From Pseudolabrys sp. (GTDB lineage: Bacteria > Pseudomonadota > Alphaproteobacteria > Rhizobiales > Xanthobacteraceae): DNA of 64,000 bases. Below the pieces are notes generated by a model, which saw nothing but the letters and a program-made list of their open reading frames with translations, made no database searches and was not told where the DNA came from. A program made the translations under genes and the position numbers. Below, one piece after another: positions 29,057 through 39,113 of the stretch (its first letter is position 1; each line of letters starts with the position of its first letter). The stretch lies in the NCBI GenBank assembly GCA_035556455.1, contig DATMEX010000026.1, positions 3,574 through 67,573 of the forward strand. The letters are read 5' to 3'.

Positions 29057-29083
29057 TTCGGTCGGCTCTAGGATCGTGCGGCC

Positions 29084-30169
29084 ATGAACGTAGCAGTCCG
29101 GGCCCCGCGGCGAAAGAAAGCGACCCCCGATCCAGCCGACCTGCTCGCCTGGTACGACCGCCACCGCCGGGTCTTGCCGTGGCGGGCGCGGAAGGGCGAG
29201 CGCACGCACCCCTACGCGGTATGGCTGTCGGAAATCATGCTGCAGCAGACGACCGTCAAAACGGTGGGGGCTTACTACATCAAATTCTTGGTCCAATGGC
29301 CGACGGTCGAGACTTTGGCGCGCTCGCCGCTCGACGACGTGCTGCGCGCCTGGGCCGGGCTCGGCTATTACGCCCGCGCCCGAAATCTGCATGCCTGCGC
29401 CATCGCGGTGGTCGAACGCCACGGCGGGGTGTTTCCGGCCGATATCGAGGCGCTGCGGGCGCTGCCGGGCATTGGCGAGTACACCGCGGCCGCTGTCGGC
29501 GCCATCGCCTTCGACCTGCCGGCGGTGCCGGTGGACGGCAATGTCGAGCGCGTGGTGAGCCGGCTGTTCGCCGTCGAGGAGGCGCTTCCGGCGGCCAAGC
29601 CCGAGATCAAGCGACTGGCCGCCTCGCTGATGCCGCCCGCACGCACCGGCGATTTCGCGCAGGGGATGATGGATCTCGGCGCCACCATTTGCACGCCGAA
29701 GAAACCGGCCTGTGCGCTGTGCCCTTTCGACGATGTTTGCATGGCGCGGGCGCGGGGCGATCAGGAGACATTCCCGCGCAAGGCGCCCAAGCGCGAAGGC
29801 AAATTGCGGCGCGGCGCCGCCTTTGTCGTGCTGCGCGCGGACGGTTACGTGCTGCTGCGCCAGCGCCCGGAAAAGGGGCTGCTTGGCGCCATGACCGAAG
29901 TGCCCGGTAGTGACTGGTCGCACGACTTCGATGTCAGCAAGGCGCTCGATGCCGCGCCGAAGCTCGGCGCCAAAGTGAAATGGCGCAAGCTCGCCGGCGA
30001 GGTGACGCATGTGTTCACCCATTTTCCGCTGGCGCTGACCGTCTTCGTCGCGCAGGTGCCGAAGACGGCGGCGGCGCCGAAAGGCGCGCGCTGGGTCGAG
30101 GTCGTCGAATTGCCCGGCGAAGCACTGCCGAACGTCATGCGCAAAGTGCTCGCGCATGCCTTGGATTAA
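29084..30169 (+). CDS. mutY: A/G-specific adenine glycosylase
   Basis: WLSEIMLQQT, WAGLGYYARARNL, LPGIGEYTA, VDGNVERV, CTPKKPACALCP Fe-S loop, C-terminal nudix-like domain. Confidence 0.96.
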   Translation: MNVAVRAPRRKKATPDPADLLAWYDRHRRVLPWRARKGERTHPYAVWLSEIMLQQTTVKTVGAYYIKFLVQWPTVETLARSPLDDVLRAWAGLGYYARARNLHACAIAVVERHGGVFPADIEALRALPGIGEYTAAAVGAIAFDLPAVPVDGNVERVVSRLFAVEEALPAAKPEIKRLAASLMPPARTGDFAQGMMDLGATICTPKKPACALCPFDDVCMARARGDQETFPRKAPKREGKLRRGAAFVVLRADGYVLLRQRPEKGLLGAMTEVPGSDWSHDFDVSKALDAAPKLGAKVKWRKLAGEVTHVFTHFPLALTVFVAQVPKTAAAPKGARWVEVVELPGEALPNVMRKVLAHALD

Positions 30170-30214
30170 TGCGCTAGATTGAGCGCACAAAAGAATCCTC
30201 AGGGGAATGAAACG

Positions 30215-31186
30215 ATGTCGCTCGATAGTAAAGCCGCCGTGCTTGCCGGCCAGTGGTCCCCCAGCCAGCGTTATCCCGATCCGCTGATTACGGCGCTCGA
30301 TCCGCGCTTCAAGAAATATCATCTGCCTTTGTCGAGCGTGGAGCGGCTCTACACCGGCACGCGCTGGGGCGAGGGCCCGGTCTATTTCGGCGATGCGCGC
30401 TGCCTGATCTGGAGCGACGTGCCCGGCAATGTCATGCTGAAATGGGACGAGGAAAGCGGGCAGGTGACGCCGTTCCGCAAGCCGTCGAACAACGGCAACG
30501 GCAACACCCGCGACCGGCAAGGCCGGCTCGTCACCTGCGAGCATCTGACGCGCCGCGTCACCCGCACCGAATATGACGGCACCATCACGGTGGTATGCGA
30601 CCGGTTCGACGGCAAGCGGCTCAATTCGCCGAACGACGTTGTGGTCAAATCCGACGGCTCGATCTGGTTCACCGATCCGCAGTTCGGCATTCTCGGCAAT
30701 TACGAAGGCGACAAGGCGGAATCCGAATTGCCGACCAATGTCTATCGCGTCGACGGCGCGACCGGGCAGGTGTCCGTGGCCGCGGAAGGCATCAACCAGC
30801 CGAACGGGCTTGCCTTCTCGCCCGATGAATCGAGGCTCTACATCGTCGAGTCCCGCGCCGAGCCGCGCAAGATATTGAGTTTCGATGTCGGCGCCGGTGA
30901 CAGGCTGTCGAACCGCAAGGTGCTGATCGACGCCGGTCCCGATGGCACGCCGGACGGCTTCCGCGTCGATGTCGACGGCAATCTGTGGTGCGGCTGGGGC
31001 ATGACGCCGGAGCTCGACGGCGTGCGCGTGTTTACGCCCGAGGGCGAGCCGATCGGCCACATCTCCCTGCCGGAGCGCTGCGCCAATGTCACGTTCGGCG
31101 GCGTCAAGCGCAACCGGCTGTTCATGGCGGCCGCGCATTCGCTTTACGCGCTTTACGTCAACACGCAGGGCGTAAGGGGAGGCTAG
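30215..31186 (+). CDS. SMP-30/gluconolactonase/LRE family protein
   Basis: WGEGPVY, NGNTRD, LNSPNDVVV, PNGLAFSPD, PDGFRVD. Confidence 0.92.
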   Translation: MSLDSKAAVLAGQWSPSQRYPDPLITALDPRFKKYHLPLSSVERLYTGTRWGEGPVYFGDARCLIWSDVPGNVMLKWDEESGQVTPFRKPSNNGNGNTRDRQGRLVTCEHLTRRVTRTEYDGTITVVCDRFDGKRLNSPNDVVVKSDGSIWFTDPQFGILGNYEGDKAESELPTNVYRVDGATGQVSVAAEGINQPNGLAFSPDESRLYIVESRAEPRKILSFDVGAGDRLSNRKVLIDAGPDGTPDGFRVDVDGNLWCGWGMTPELDGVRVFTPEGEPIGHISLPERCANVTFGGVKRNRLFMAAAHSLYALYVNTQGVRGG

Positions 31187-31192
31187 AGACCT

Positions 31193-31295
31193 GTCATTCC
31201 GGGGCTGGCCGAAGGCCAGAACCCGGAATCCAGATGCGAATACAGAGTTTGTCTCTGGATTCCGGGTTCGCGCTTTCAGCGCGCCTCGGAATGAC
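31193..31295. repeat. REP/RIME-like element, family B
   Basis: GTCATTCCGGGGCTGGCCGAAGGCCAGAACCCGGAATCC...GGATTCCGGGTTCGCG...CGGAATGAC, between convergent genes. Confidence 0.88.
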
Positions 31296-31301
31296 AGAGG
31301 G

Positions 31302-31886
31302 CTAAATCGCCGGTATCCCCGCCGCGGCGACGAGCATGGCATTCTCGGCCTGCTCGGCCTTGGTCGGCTTCTTGAGTTTGGTGGCCGCGGCCTTCTTGTT
31401 GATCTTGCGCTTGGCGATGCCGCCCAGCTTCTTGTCGGTCGCCTTTTCCTCCTTGAGGTTCATGTTGAGCACCTTGGCGACATCCGGCCGGCCGATGACG
31501 CGCGCCCAGGCGACCAAAGTGCCGTAGCGCGTAATCTCATAGTGCTCGACCGCCTGCGCTGCGGCGATCAGCGCCGCGTTGAGAATGGTCTTGTTCTCGA
31601 TCTCGCCGGCGATGTCATTGGCCTCCTCGATGATGCCGTCGATGGCCGGGCACTTGGTGCCCTGCGGCACCGACTTCATCATCTTGAATACGCGGTCGAG
31701 CCGCTTGATCTGGCCGTCGGTCTGCTTGAGGTGCACGCGGAAGCCCTTCTTGAGCTCGGCGTCGGACGCCTTCTCGATCATGTCGGGCAGCGATTTTCTG
31801 ATCTGATGCTCGGCGTAGTAGATGTCCTGCAGGGTGTGGATGAACAGCTCTTCGAAGGTGTCGATATCGGACGAAAACCAGCCCAT
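31302..31886 (-). CDS. YciE/YciF (DUF892) ferritin-like protein
   Basis: LQDIYYAEHQI, HLKQT, CPAIDGIIEE, AAQAVEHYEITRYGTL; start MGWFSS at 31886. Confidence 0.92.
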   Translation of the reverse strand: MGWFSSDIDTFEELFIHTLQDIYYAEHQIRKSLPDMIEKASDAELKKGFRVHLKQTDGQIKRLDRVFKMMKSVPQGTKCPAIDGIIEEANDIAGEIENKTILNAALIAAAQAVEHYEITRYGTLVAWARVIGRPDVAKVLNMNLKEEKATDKKLGGIAKRKINKKAAATKLKKPTKAEQAENAMLVAAAGIPAI

Positions 31887-32027
31887 GGTGAACTCTCCCT
31901 GTTGCGGCGCGGCGGCGGGTCGCTCGCGCATTTCGCACTATAAATCAAAAGCCGGGTTCCGAGTTCCCTTCCTGGCCGAAGCCCGCTAAGACTCCGGCCG
32001 GATTTTCAACCGAGTGGAGGAAGGCCC

Positions 32028-32378
32028 ATGGCCATCGAGCGTTACGATTCCAACCAGCGCATGAGCAAGTGCGTGGTGCATGGCAACACCGTCTATCTGG
32101 CGGGCATCGTCGCCAACGATCCCAAGGGCAAGGACATGACGGCCCAGACCAAGGACATTCTGGCGCAGATCGACGGCTATCTCGCCAAGGCCGGCACCGA
32201 CAAGTCGAAGCTGCTGTCGGCCAATATCTGGGTCACCTCGATGTCGGAATTCGCCGCCATGAACGCGGCCTGGGACGCCTGGGTGTCGCCCGGCAACACG
32301 CCGGCGCGCGCCACCGTCGAGGCCCGGCTCGCCGCGCCGGAATACAAGGTCGAGATCATGGTGCAGGCGGCGAAATAA
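32028..32378 (+). CDS. RidA/YoaB-like (Rid family) protein
   Basis: RMSKCVVHGNTVYLAG, FAAMNAAWDAW, PARATVEARLA. Confidence 0.92.
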   Translation: MAIERYDSNQRMSKCVVHGNTVYLAGIVANDPKGKDMTAQTKDILAQIDGYLAKAGTDKSKLLSANIWVTSMSEFAAMNAAWDAWVSPGNTPARATVEARLAAPEYKVEIMVQAAK

Positions 32379-32442
32379 GCCGCCCTGCGTCACGCAATGT
32401 CATGCCCGGCACACAGAAGGCCGGGCATGAAGGATAGGAAAT

Positions 32443-33666
32443 ATGGCTTTCGATTTCACGCCGTTGTTCCCGGCCAGCCTGCCACCACCGGCGGTGCGCT
32501 GGATCGGTGCGCCGAAATACAATTTCGTCGGCGGCAACAACGATCCGGACGAAATCCCGCTCGACGGGCTCATCGCCGCGGCGCAATCGGTCATGGCGCG
32601 CGAGGGCCGCACGCTGGCGACCTACGGTCTCAACAGCGGTCCGCAAGGCTACTGGCCTTTGCGCGAATTCCTGAGCGTAAAGCTCAACCGCGACGCCGGC
32701 ATGTCGTGCACGGCCGACGATATCCTCATCGTCTCGGGTTCGCTGCAGGCGCTCGATCTGGTCAACAGCGCGCTTTTGTCGCGCGGCGATACCGTGATCG
32801 TCGAGACGGACAATTACCAGGGCTCGCTCAACCGCTTCACCAAACTCGGCGTCACGGCCGTGGGTATTCCGCTCGACAAAGGCGGCATGCGCATGGACGC
32901 GCTCGAAGCCGCGCTCAAGGACCTCAAGGCGCGCGGCGTCACGCCGAAGTTCATCTACACCATCCCGACGGTGCAGAATCCCACCGCCACCGTGCTGGAC
33001 GAAAATCGCCGCGCCCGCATGCTGGTGCTCGCCGATGAATACGGCGTGCCGATCGTCGAGGACGACTGCTACGCCGACCTCGTCTGGAGCGGCGAGCGGC
33101 CTCCCGCTTTGCATGCCATGAGCAAGTCCGACAACGTCATCCATATCGGCTCGTTCTCGAAGTCGATCGCGCCGGCCTTGCGCGTCGGCTTCGTCGTCGC
33201 GCCATGGCAGATCATGTCGCGCATGCTGTCGCTCAAGACCGACGCCGGCTCCGGCGCGCTGGAGCAGATGGTGCTCGCGGAATATTGCAAGCCGCTGTTC
33301 GCGACGCATGTCCCGGCGCTGCGCAAGGGTCTGCGCAAGAAGGTCGAGACTTTGATGGAAGCGCTCAACGAACAATTCGGCACCGCCGCTGAATTCGACG
33401 ATCCGAAGGGCGGCATATTTCTCTGGGTCAAGCTGCCGGACGACGTCGATAGCCTGAGGCTTTATCAGGCGGCGCTGAAGGAAGGCGTGGCGATCAATCC
33501 CGGCCCTGAATGGTCGACCGACAAGGCGCACAGCCGGAGCCGCATTCGCATATGCTTCGCCAGCCCCTCGCATCAGGAAATCCGCGAGGGCATCGCGGTG
33601 CTGGCCGAGGTCTGCCGCCGCGAATTCGGCGTGCCGGCACGCAGCGCCAATGTGGCGAAGGCCTGA
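32443..33666 (+). CDS. PLP-dependent aminotransferase (class I, MocR-like catalytic domain, no HTH)
   Basis: YTIPTVQNPT, IVEDDCY, GSFSKSIAPALRVG. Confidence 0.9.
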   Translation: MAFDFTPLFPASLPPPAVRWIGAPKYNFVGGNNDPDEIPLDGLIAAAQSVMAREGRTLATYGLNSGPQGYWPLREFLSVKLNRDAGMSCTADDILIVSGSLQALDLVNSALLSRGDTVIVETDNYQGSLNRFTKLGVTAVGIPLDKGGMRMDALEAALKDLKARGVTPKFIYTIPTVQNPTATVLDENRRARMLVLADEYGVPIVEDDCYADLVWSGERPPALHAMSKSDNVIHIGSFSKSIAPALRVGFVVAPWQIMSRMLSLKTDAGSGALEQMVLAEYCKPLFATHVPALRKGLRKKVETLMEALNEQFGTAAEFDDPKGGIFLWVKLPDDVDSLRLYQAALKEGVAINPGPEWSTDKAHSRSRIRICFASPSHQEIREGIAVLAEVCRREFGVPARSANVAKA

Positions 33667-33669
33667 ATC

Positions 33670-34149
33670 ATGAATTCGCTCGCGCCGCTCGCTGAACAGA
33701 TCGCCGAACGCCTGATCGCCCGGAAGGAAACCATTGCCATCGCCGAGTCTTGGACCGGCGGGCTGGTCGCGGCGGCGCTGCTCGCAGTGCCGGGCGCCTC
33801 GGCCTATTTCCTCGGCGGCGCGGTGGTCTACACGAAGACGTCGCGCGCGGCTTTGCTCGGCATTGGCGATGCCGAGATGAAGGGGATGCGTCCTTCCACC
33901 GAGCCCTATGCGCTGCTGGGCGCGCGCACGATCCGCGACAAGATGGGGGCGACCTGGGGCCTCGGTGAAACCGGCGCCACCGGACCGACCGGCAATCGTT
34001 ATGGCGATGCCGCCGGTCACTCCTGCATCGCGGTCGCCGGCCCGGTCGAGAAGGCGATCACGCTGGAAACCGGCAGCGCGGATCGCCCGGCGAACATGGA
34101 AGCGTTCGCGAAGCGGGCGCTCGAGTTGTTGGTGGAAGTTTTGCGCTGA
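33670..34149 (+). CDS. CinA C-terminal domain protein (NMN deamidase-like)
   Basis: IAIAESWTGGLVAAALLAVPGASAYF, ETGATGP. Confidence 0.85.
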   Translation: MNSLAPLAEQIAERLIARKETIAIAESWTGGLVAAALLAVPGASAYFLGGAVVYTKTSRAALLGIGDAEMKGMRPSTEPYALLGARTIRDKMGATWGLGETGATGPTGNRYGDAAGHSCIAVAGPVEKAITLETGSADRPANMEAFAKRALELLVEVLR

Positions 34150-34165
34150 GCGGGCCGCAAACCCC

Positions 34166-34250
34166 GTTCATTCCCGCGAAAGCGGGAATCCAGTTTGTGC
34201 AAATTTCCTGGATCAGAAGTTCTGGGTCCCCGCTTTCGCTGGGACGAGCG
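34166..34250. repeat. REP-like doublet, family A
   Basis: TTCATTCCCGCGAAAGCGGGAATCCAG...CTGGGTCCCCGCTTTCGCTGGGACGAGCG; the right arm is almost the exact reverse complement of 108-140. Confidence 0.88.
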
Positions 34251-34259
34251 GATACTGGT

Positions 34260-35420
<1,161 letters not shown>

Positions 35421-35532
35421 GGACGACGCGGTCGGCTGACGCGGGACCTACAAACCGACAGGCCCGCATCATGCGCAGGCCAAGGTGAAAAAAACCTTTA
35501 TGGAAAAATTCTTTGGAGCGAATTCTGCTAGT

Positions 35533-35557
35533 TTAACCGCGAGTTAGCAGAGGTTAA
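35533..35557. promoter_or_regulatory. CtrA-box-like site upstream of ccrM
   Basis: TTAA-ccgcgag-TTAG at 35533-35547 (1 mismatch to TTAA-N7-TTAA) plus an extra TTAA at 35554. Confidence 0.65.
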
Positions 35558-35632
35558 CAGTCTGCCAAGTATTGCCGCAATCAGTCGTGCTAAAGAAGGC
35601 AATTCGGGTGGCGTGGGCAGGAGACGGCTTGA

Positions 35633-36562
35633 ATGCGTTGGGATGACTTTCGGCGCAGCGACAACGTTGAAGACGATCGCGGTGGCGGCGGTTTTGGCGG
35701 CGGTGGCGGCGGTTTCAATCTGCCGGTGGGCGGCGGTGGCCTGGGTATCGGCACGGTCGTCGTGCTCGGCCTGATCGGCTGGGCGCTCGGCATCGATCCG
35801 AGTTTGCTGATCTCCGGCGCGGAGATGCTCAACAATGGCCGGCCATCGCAACAGTATGAGCAACGTGTCGATCGGCCCGCGCAACGCACCGGCGCGCCCA
35901 AAGATGAGATGGGCAACTTCGTCGCCGCGGTGCTCGGCAATACCGAAGATACCTGGAGCAAGGTGTTTCAGGACGCCAACCAGCAATACCGCGCGCCGCG
36001 CCTGCGGCTGTTCACGGGGCAGGTGAGCAGCGCCTGCGGCATGGCGAGTTCGGCGAGCGGTCCGTTCTATTGCCCGCCGGACCGCCGCATCTTTCTCGAC
36101 ACATCGTTCTTCGATGAAATGCGCACGCGCTTTCGCGCCTGCACCGGCAAGAGCTGCGAATTCGCCCAGGCTTACGTGATCGCGCACGAAGTCGGTCATC
36201 ACGTGCAGAACCTGCTCGGCATTCTGCCCAAGGCCCGCGAGGCGCAGCAATCCGCCGGCGACCGCGCCGCATCGAACCGCATTCAGGTGCGCGTCGAATT
36301 GCAGGCCGATTGCTTTGCCGGCATCTGGGCCAACCAGTCCAACCAGCGCTGGAATTCGATCGAGGCCGGCGACATCGAAGCGGCGCTGCAGACGGCGGCC
36401 GCGATCGGCGACGATCGTTTGCAGAAGCAGGCGAGGGGCTATGTCGTGCCGGACTCTTTCACGCACGGCACCTCGGCCCAGCGTCAGCGCTGGTTCACGA
36501 CCGGCTTCAAGTCCGGCAAGGTGTCGTCGTGCAATACCTTCGCGGCGAACGCGCAGTTGTGA
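35633..36562 (+). CDS. Neutral zinc metallopeptidase (YpfJ-like)
   Basis: MRWDDFRRSDNVED, GPFYCP, YVIAHEVGHHVQN, ELQADC, SFTHGTSAQR. Confidence 0.92.
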   Translation: MRWDDFRRSDNVEDDRGGGGFGGGGGGFNLPVGGGGLGIGTVVVLGLIGWALGIDPSLLISGAEMLNNGRPSQQYEQRVDRPAQRTGAPKDEMGNFVAAVLGNTEDTWSKVFQDANQQYRAPRLRLFTGQVSSACGMASSASGPFYCPPDRRIFLDTSFFDEMRTRFRACTGKSCEFAQAYVIAHEVGHHVQNLLGILPKAREAQQSAGDRAASNRIQVRVELQADCFAGIWANQSNQRWNSIEAGDIEAALQTAAAIGDDRLQKQARGYVVPDSFTHGTSAQRQRWFTTGFKSGKVSSCNTFAANAQL

Positions 36563-36587
36563 GCGCGGCGTAGCGACAATACTCGGT

Positions 36588-36675
36588 GTCATGCCCGGCC
36601 TTGTGCCGGGCATCCACGCCTTAAACTGGCTGGCCTCGTGAAGTCGTGGATGGCCGGGACAAGCCCGGCCATGAC
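36588..36675. repeat. REP-like element, family C
   Basis: GTCATGCCCGGCCTTGTGCCGGGCATCCACG...CGTGGATGGCCGGGACAAGCCCGGCCATGAC. Confidence 0.88.
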
Positions 36676-36687
36676 GGAGAATAGGAA

Positions 36688-37251
36688 ATGCCCGGTATCG
36701 ATGAATCCAAGCAGTTCGTGCCGCTCAAGATAGCCGTGCTCACGGTGTCGGACACGCGCGAACTGGCCGACGACAAGTCCGGCAACACTTTGGTCGAGCG
36801 CATCCGCGCCGCCGGGCACATGCTGGCTGAGCGCTCGATCGTGAAGGACGAGGTCGATGCCATCCGCGGCAAGGTGAAGGCCTGGATCGAGGACAAGTTC
36901 ATCGACGTGGTGATCTCGACCGGCGGCACCGGCTTCACCGGCCGCGATGTGACGCCGGAAGCGGTCGAGCCCTTGTTCGAGAAACGCATGGACGGCTTCT
37001 CGACCTTGTTCACGATGGTGAGCTATCCGAAGATCGGCACCTCGGCGATCCAGACCCGCGCCACCGCCGGCGTCGCCAACGCGACTTATATCTTCTGCCT
37101 GCCGGGCTCGCCCGGCGCCTGCAAGGATGCCTGGGACGAGATCCTCGTGCACCAGCTCGACTATCGCTACCGGCCGTGCAACTTCGTTGAGATCCTGCCG
37201 CGGCTCGACGAGCATTTGCGGCGGCCGAAGGCGCAGGGCGCGACGGCCTGA
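36688..37251 (+). CDS. moaB: Molybdenum cofactor biosynthesis protein B
   Basis: IAVLTVSDTR, STGGTGFTGRDVTPEA, CLPGSPGAC. Confidence 0.93.
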   Translation: MPGIDESKQFVPLKIAVLTVSDTRELADDKSGNTLVERIRAAGHMLAERSIVKDEVDAIRGKVKAWIEDKFIDVVISTGGTGFTGRDVTPEAVEPLFEKRMDGFSTLFTMVSYPKIGTSAIQTRATAGVANATYIFCLPGSPGACKDAWDEILVHQLDYRYRPCNFVEILPRLDEHLRRPKAQGATA

Positions 37252-37257
37252 GTAACG

Positions 37258-37359
37258 GTCATTCCGGGATTCGCCGAAGGCGAGCACCCGGAATCCAGAA
37301 ACGCATTCGGGTGTAGAGAGTTGGATTCCGGGTTCGCGCTTCGCGCGCCCCGGAATGAC
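37258..37359. repeat. REP/RIME-like element, family B
   Basis: GTCATTCCGGG...CCCGGAATCC...GGATTCCGGGTTCGCGCTTCGCGCGCCCCGGAATGAC, between convergent genes. Confidence 0.88.
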
Positions 37360-37366
37360 AATGTAA

Positions 37367-38338
37367 TTACAGTTCCAAATCCCAGAACTCCGCCACGACA
37401 TTCTGACCGAAGCTCATCTTGTTCTGGCTCGAGGACAGGGTGAAGCCGCGCTTCTGGTAGCAGCGGCGCGCCGCGGTCAGGCATTCGTGCGTCCATAAAG
37501 TGATGGCGCGATAGCCCTTGGCGCGGGCAAAGGCGATGCATTCGTCGGTGAGGCGCTGGCCGAGACCGAGGCCGCGCGCCGTCTCCGATACGATGAGCAG
37601 GCGGATGCGCGCGACGCCGGGCTTGTCATCCTTCACCAGCATGACCGAGCCGACCGGCTCGCCATCCATCTCGGCGATCCAGCAGCGCTCCATCGCCGGA
37701 TCGAAGTTTTTGGCGAAGTCGGCGACGATCTGCGCGACCAAGGCCTCGAATGAACTGTCCCAATTGTATTCGCGCGTATAGACGCGGCCGTGCTCGGCGA
37801 CGATCCAGCCAAGATCGCCGGGCTTGAGATCGCGCAAGGTATAAGTCCGCTCTGGGAGTGAGGCACCGTCTCGTCCGAGCAATGTTTCGATGGTGCCCAT
37901 GGCGCGCACCAGTTCGCTCTGTTCCCGCTCGCTGAGCGCGGCCAGCATTTCGGCGACGTCGTGGTCGGAGCGCTTCTCGGCCGGCGCAAAGAACTTACGG
38001 CCCTGCGCGGTCAGGGACAGGTGACTCTGCCGCGCGTCGTTCTTCGACGTCGTGCGCTTGATCAGGCCGCGCTTTTCGAAATTGCGCAGCACCCGCGACA
38101 GATAACCGGCGTCGAGATCCAGCGCCTGGCCGATATCCTTCGCCGTCGGTTGCGCGACGCTCGGATGCGCCAGTTCGTGCAGCACGCGCATTTCGCCGAG
38201 CGAGTAGGGCGTGTCGAGATAGGTTTTGCGCAGGAGGCCGATCTGGCGCGTGTAGAAGCGATTGAAGCCGCGCACCGCGGCGACGTGTTCGGGCGCAATG
38301 TCGGCTTCGGCTTTCGAGGATGGTCCGGCGGCAGGCAT
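37367..38338 (-). CDS. Bifunctional MarR-type HTH regulator / GNAT acetyltransferase
   Basis: VRGFNRFYT, LDAGYLSRVL, DARQSHLSLT, then ARGLGLGQRL GNAT motif A. Confidence 0.9.
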   Translation of the reverse strand: MPAAGPSSKAEADIAPEHVAAVRGFNRFYTRQIGLLRKTYLDTPYSLGEMRVLHELAHPSVAQPTAKDIGQALDLDAGYLSRVLRNFEKRGLIKRTTSKNDARQSHLSLTAQGRKFFAPAEKRSDHDVAEMLAALSEREQSELVRAMGTIETLLGRDGASLPERTYTLRDLKPGDLGWIVAEHGRVYTREYNWDSSFEALVAQIVADFAKNFDPAMERCWIAEMDGEPVGSVMLVKDDKPGVARIRLLIVSETARGLGLGQRLTDECIAFARAKGYRAITLWTHECLTAARRCYQKRGFTLSSSQNKMSFGQNVVAEFWDLEL

Positions 38339-38380
38339 GGCCGCAGCGTCAGGCAACTAGTTGACAAAGTCAAGCAAGTC

Positions 38381-38956
38381 TCAGGCGACCCGCCGGGCCC
38401 CGGCCCCGAGCTGCGCAACCTTGCGGCCGAGCTGAGCCAGCAGCCTCGCCTCGGCCTCGGCCTGCGCGGGGTGGCCGCCGACCGCCTCGTACAGGGCGCG
38501 CGAAATGATCAGGCCCTGATCCGGCGACGGCTTGCGGCCGGTGAACACGGCGCGGGCCAGTGCAATGACGTCGCCAAGCCCCGGCTGCGCCGAGGTGGTG
38601 GCAGTGGCGCGGAACACCGCGGCGCGCGGGGCGCTGTCGGCAAAGGAGGCCGCCTGCATGAAGGTCTCGCTGGCCCCCGTCCAGTCGGCGTCGAGCACGA
38701 TTCCGGCGCGCAGGAACATCAGCCAGGGTGTCCGCGTGCTCAGCGCGGCGGCCTTGAGCCGCTCGCCCAGCGGCGCATCCGAGGCGATGAAGCGGCAGCC
38801 CGCGATATCGGCGACTTCGGCGGTGGCGTCCTTTGATCCAGCGTCCGCGACCACGACCTCGGTGACGAGACCGGACATCGCTCCCGGCACCAGCGCCGAC
38901 AAAGTCGGCACCAGAGCGTGCTCCGATTCGTGCGTGGCGACGATGACGCTGAGCAT
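38381..38956 (-). CDS. GT-A (family 2-like) glycosyltransferase-like protein
   Basis: MLSVIVAT, EVVVADAGSKD; FLRAG where a DxD-type motif is usual. Confidence 0.7.
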   Translation of the reverse strand: MLSVIVATHESEHALVPTLSALVPGAMSGLVTEVVVADAGSKDATAEVADIAGCRFIASDAPLGERLKAAALSTRTPWLMFLRAGIVLDADWTGASETFMQAASFADSAPRAAVFRATATTSAQPGLGDVIALARAVFTGRKPSPDQGLIISRALYEAVGGHPAQAEAEARLLAQLGRKVAQLGAGARRVA

Positions 38957-39074
38957 GGCCCCCCAAGGCGGCAACAAGCGGAACACAACCACTGTCCCCA
39001 AGGTTGCTACCACATCATGTGCGGAAGGGAAGGCGGGCCACGAAAGGCAGAGCGCGCCAAAAAGCCGGCACAAT

Positions 39075-39089
39075 GTTCTTGTTATGTTC
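39075..39089. promoter_or_regulatory. Alphaproteobacterial LexA (SOS) box
   Basis: GTTC-ttgttat-GTTC, an exact GTTC-N7-GTTC ending 24 bp before the ATG at 39114. Confidence 0.8.
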
Positions 39090-39113
39090 GCATTTCGTGA
39101 CTAGGTAAGGACC

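Noticed and set aside
28565-31342. 925-aa minus-strand ORF as one gene
   Set aside because: Most of it is the antisense shadow of mutY and the gluconolactonase gene; only 28565-29056 encodes a recognisable protein (DUF721).
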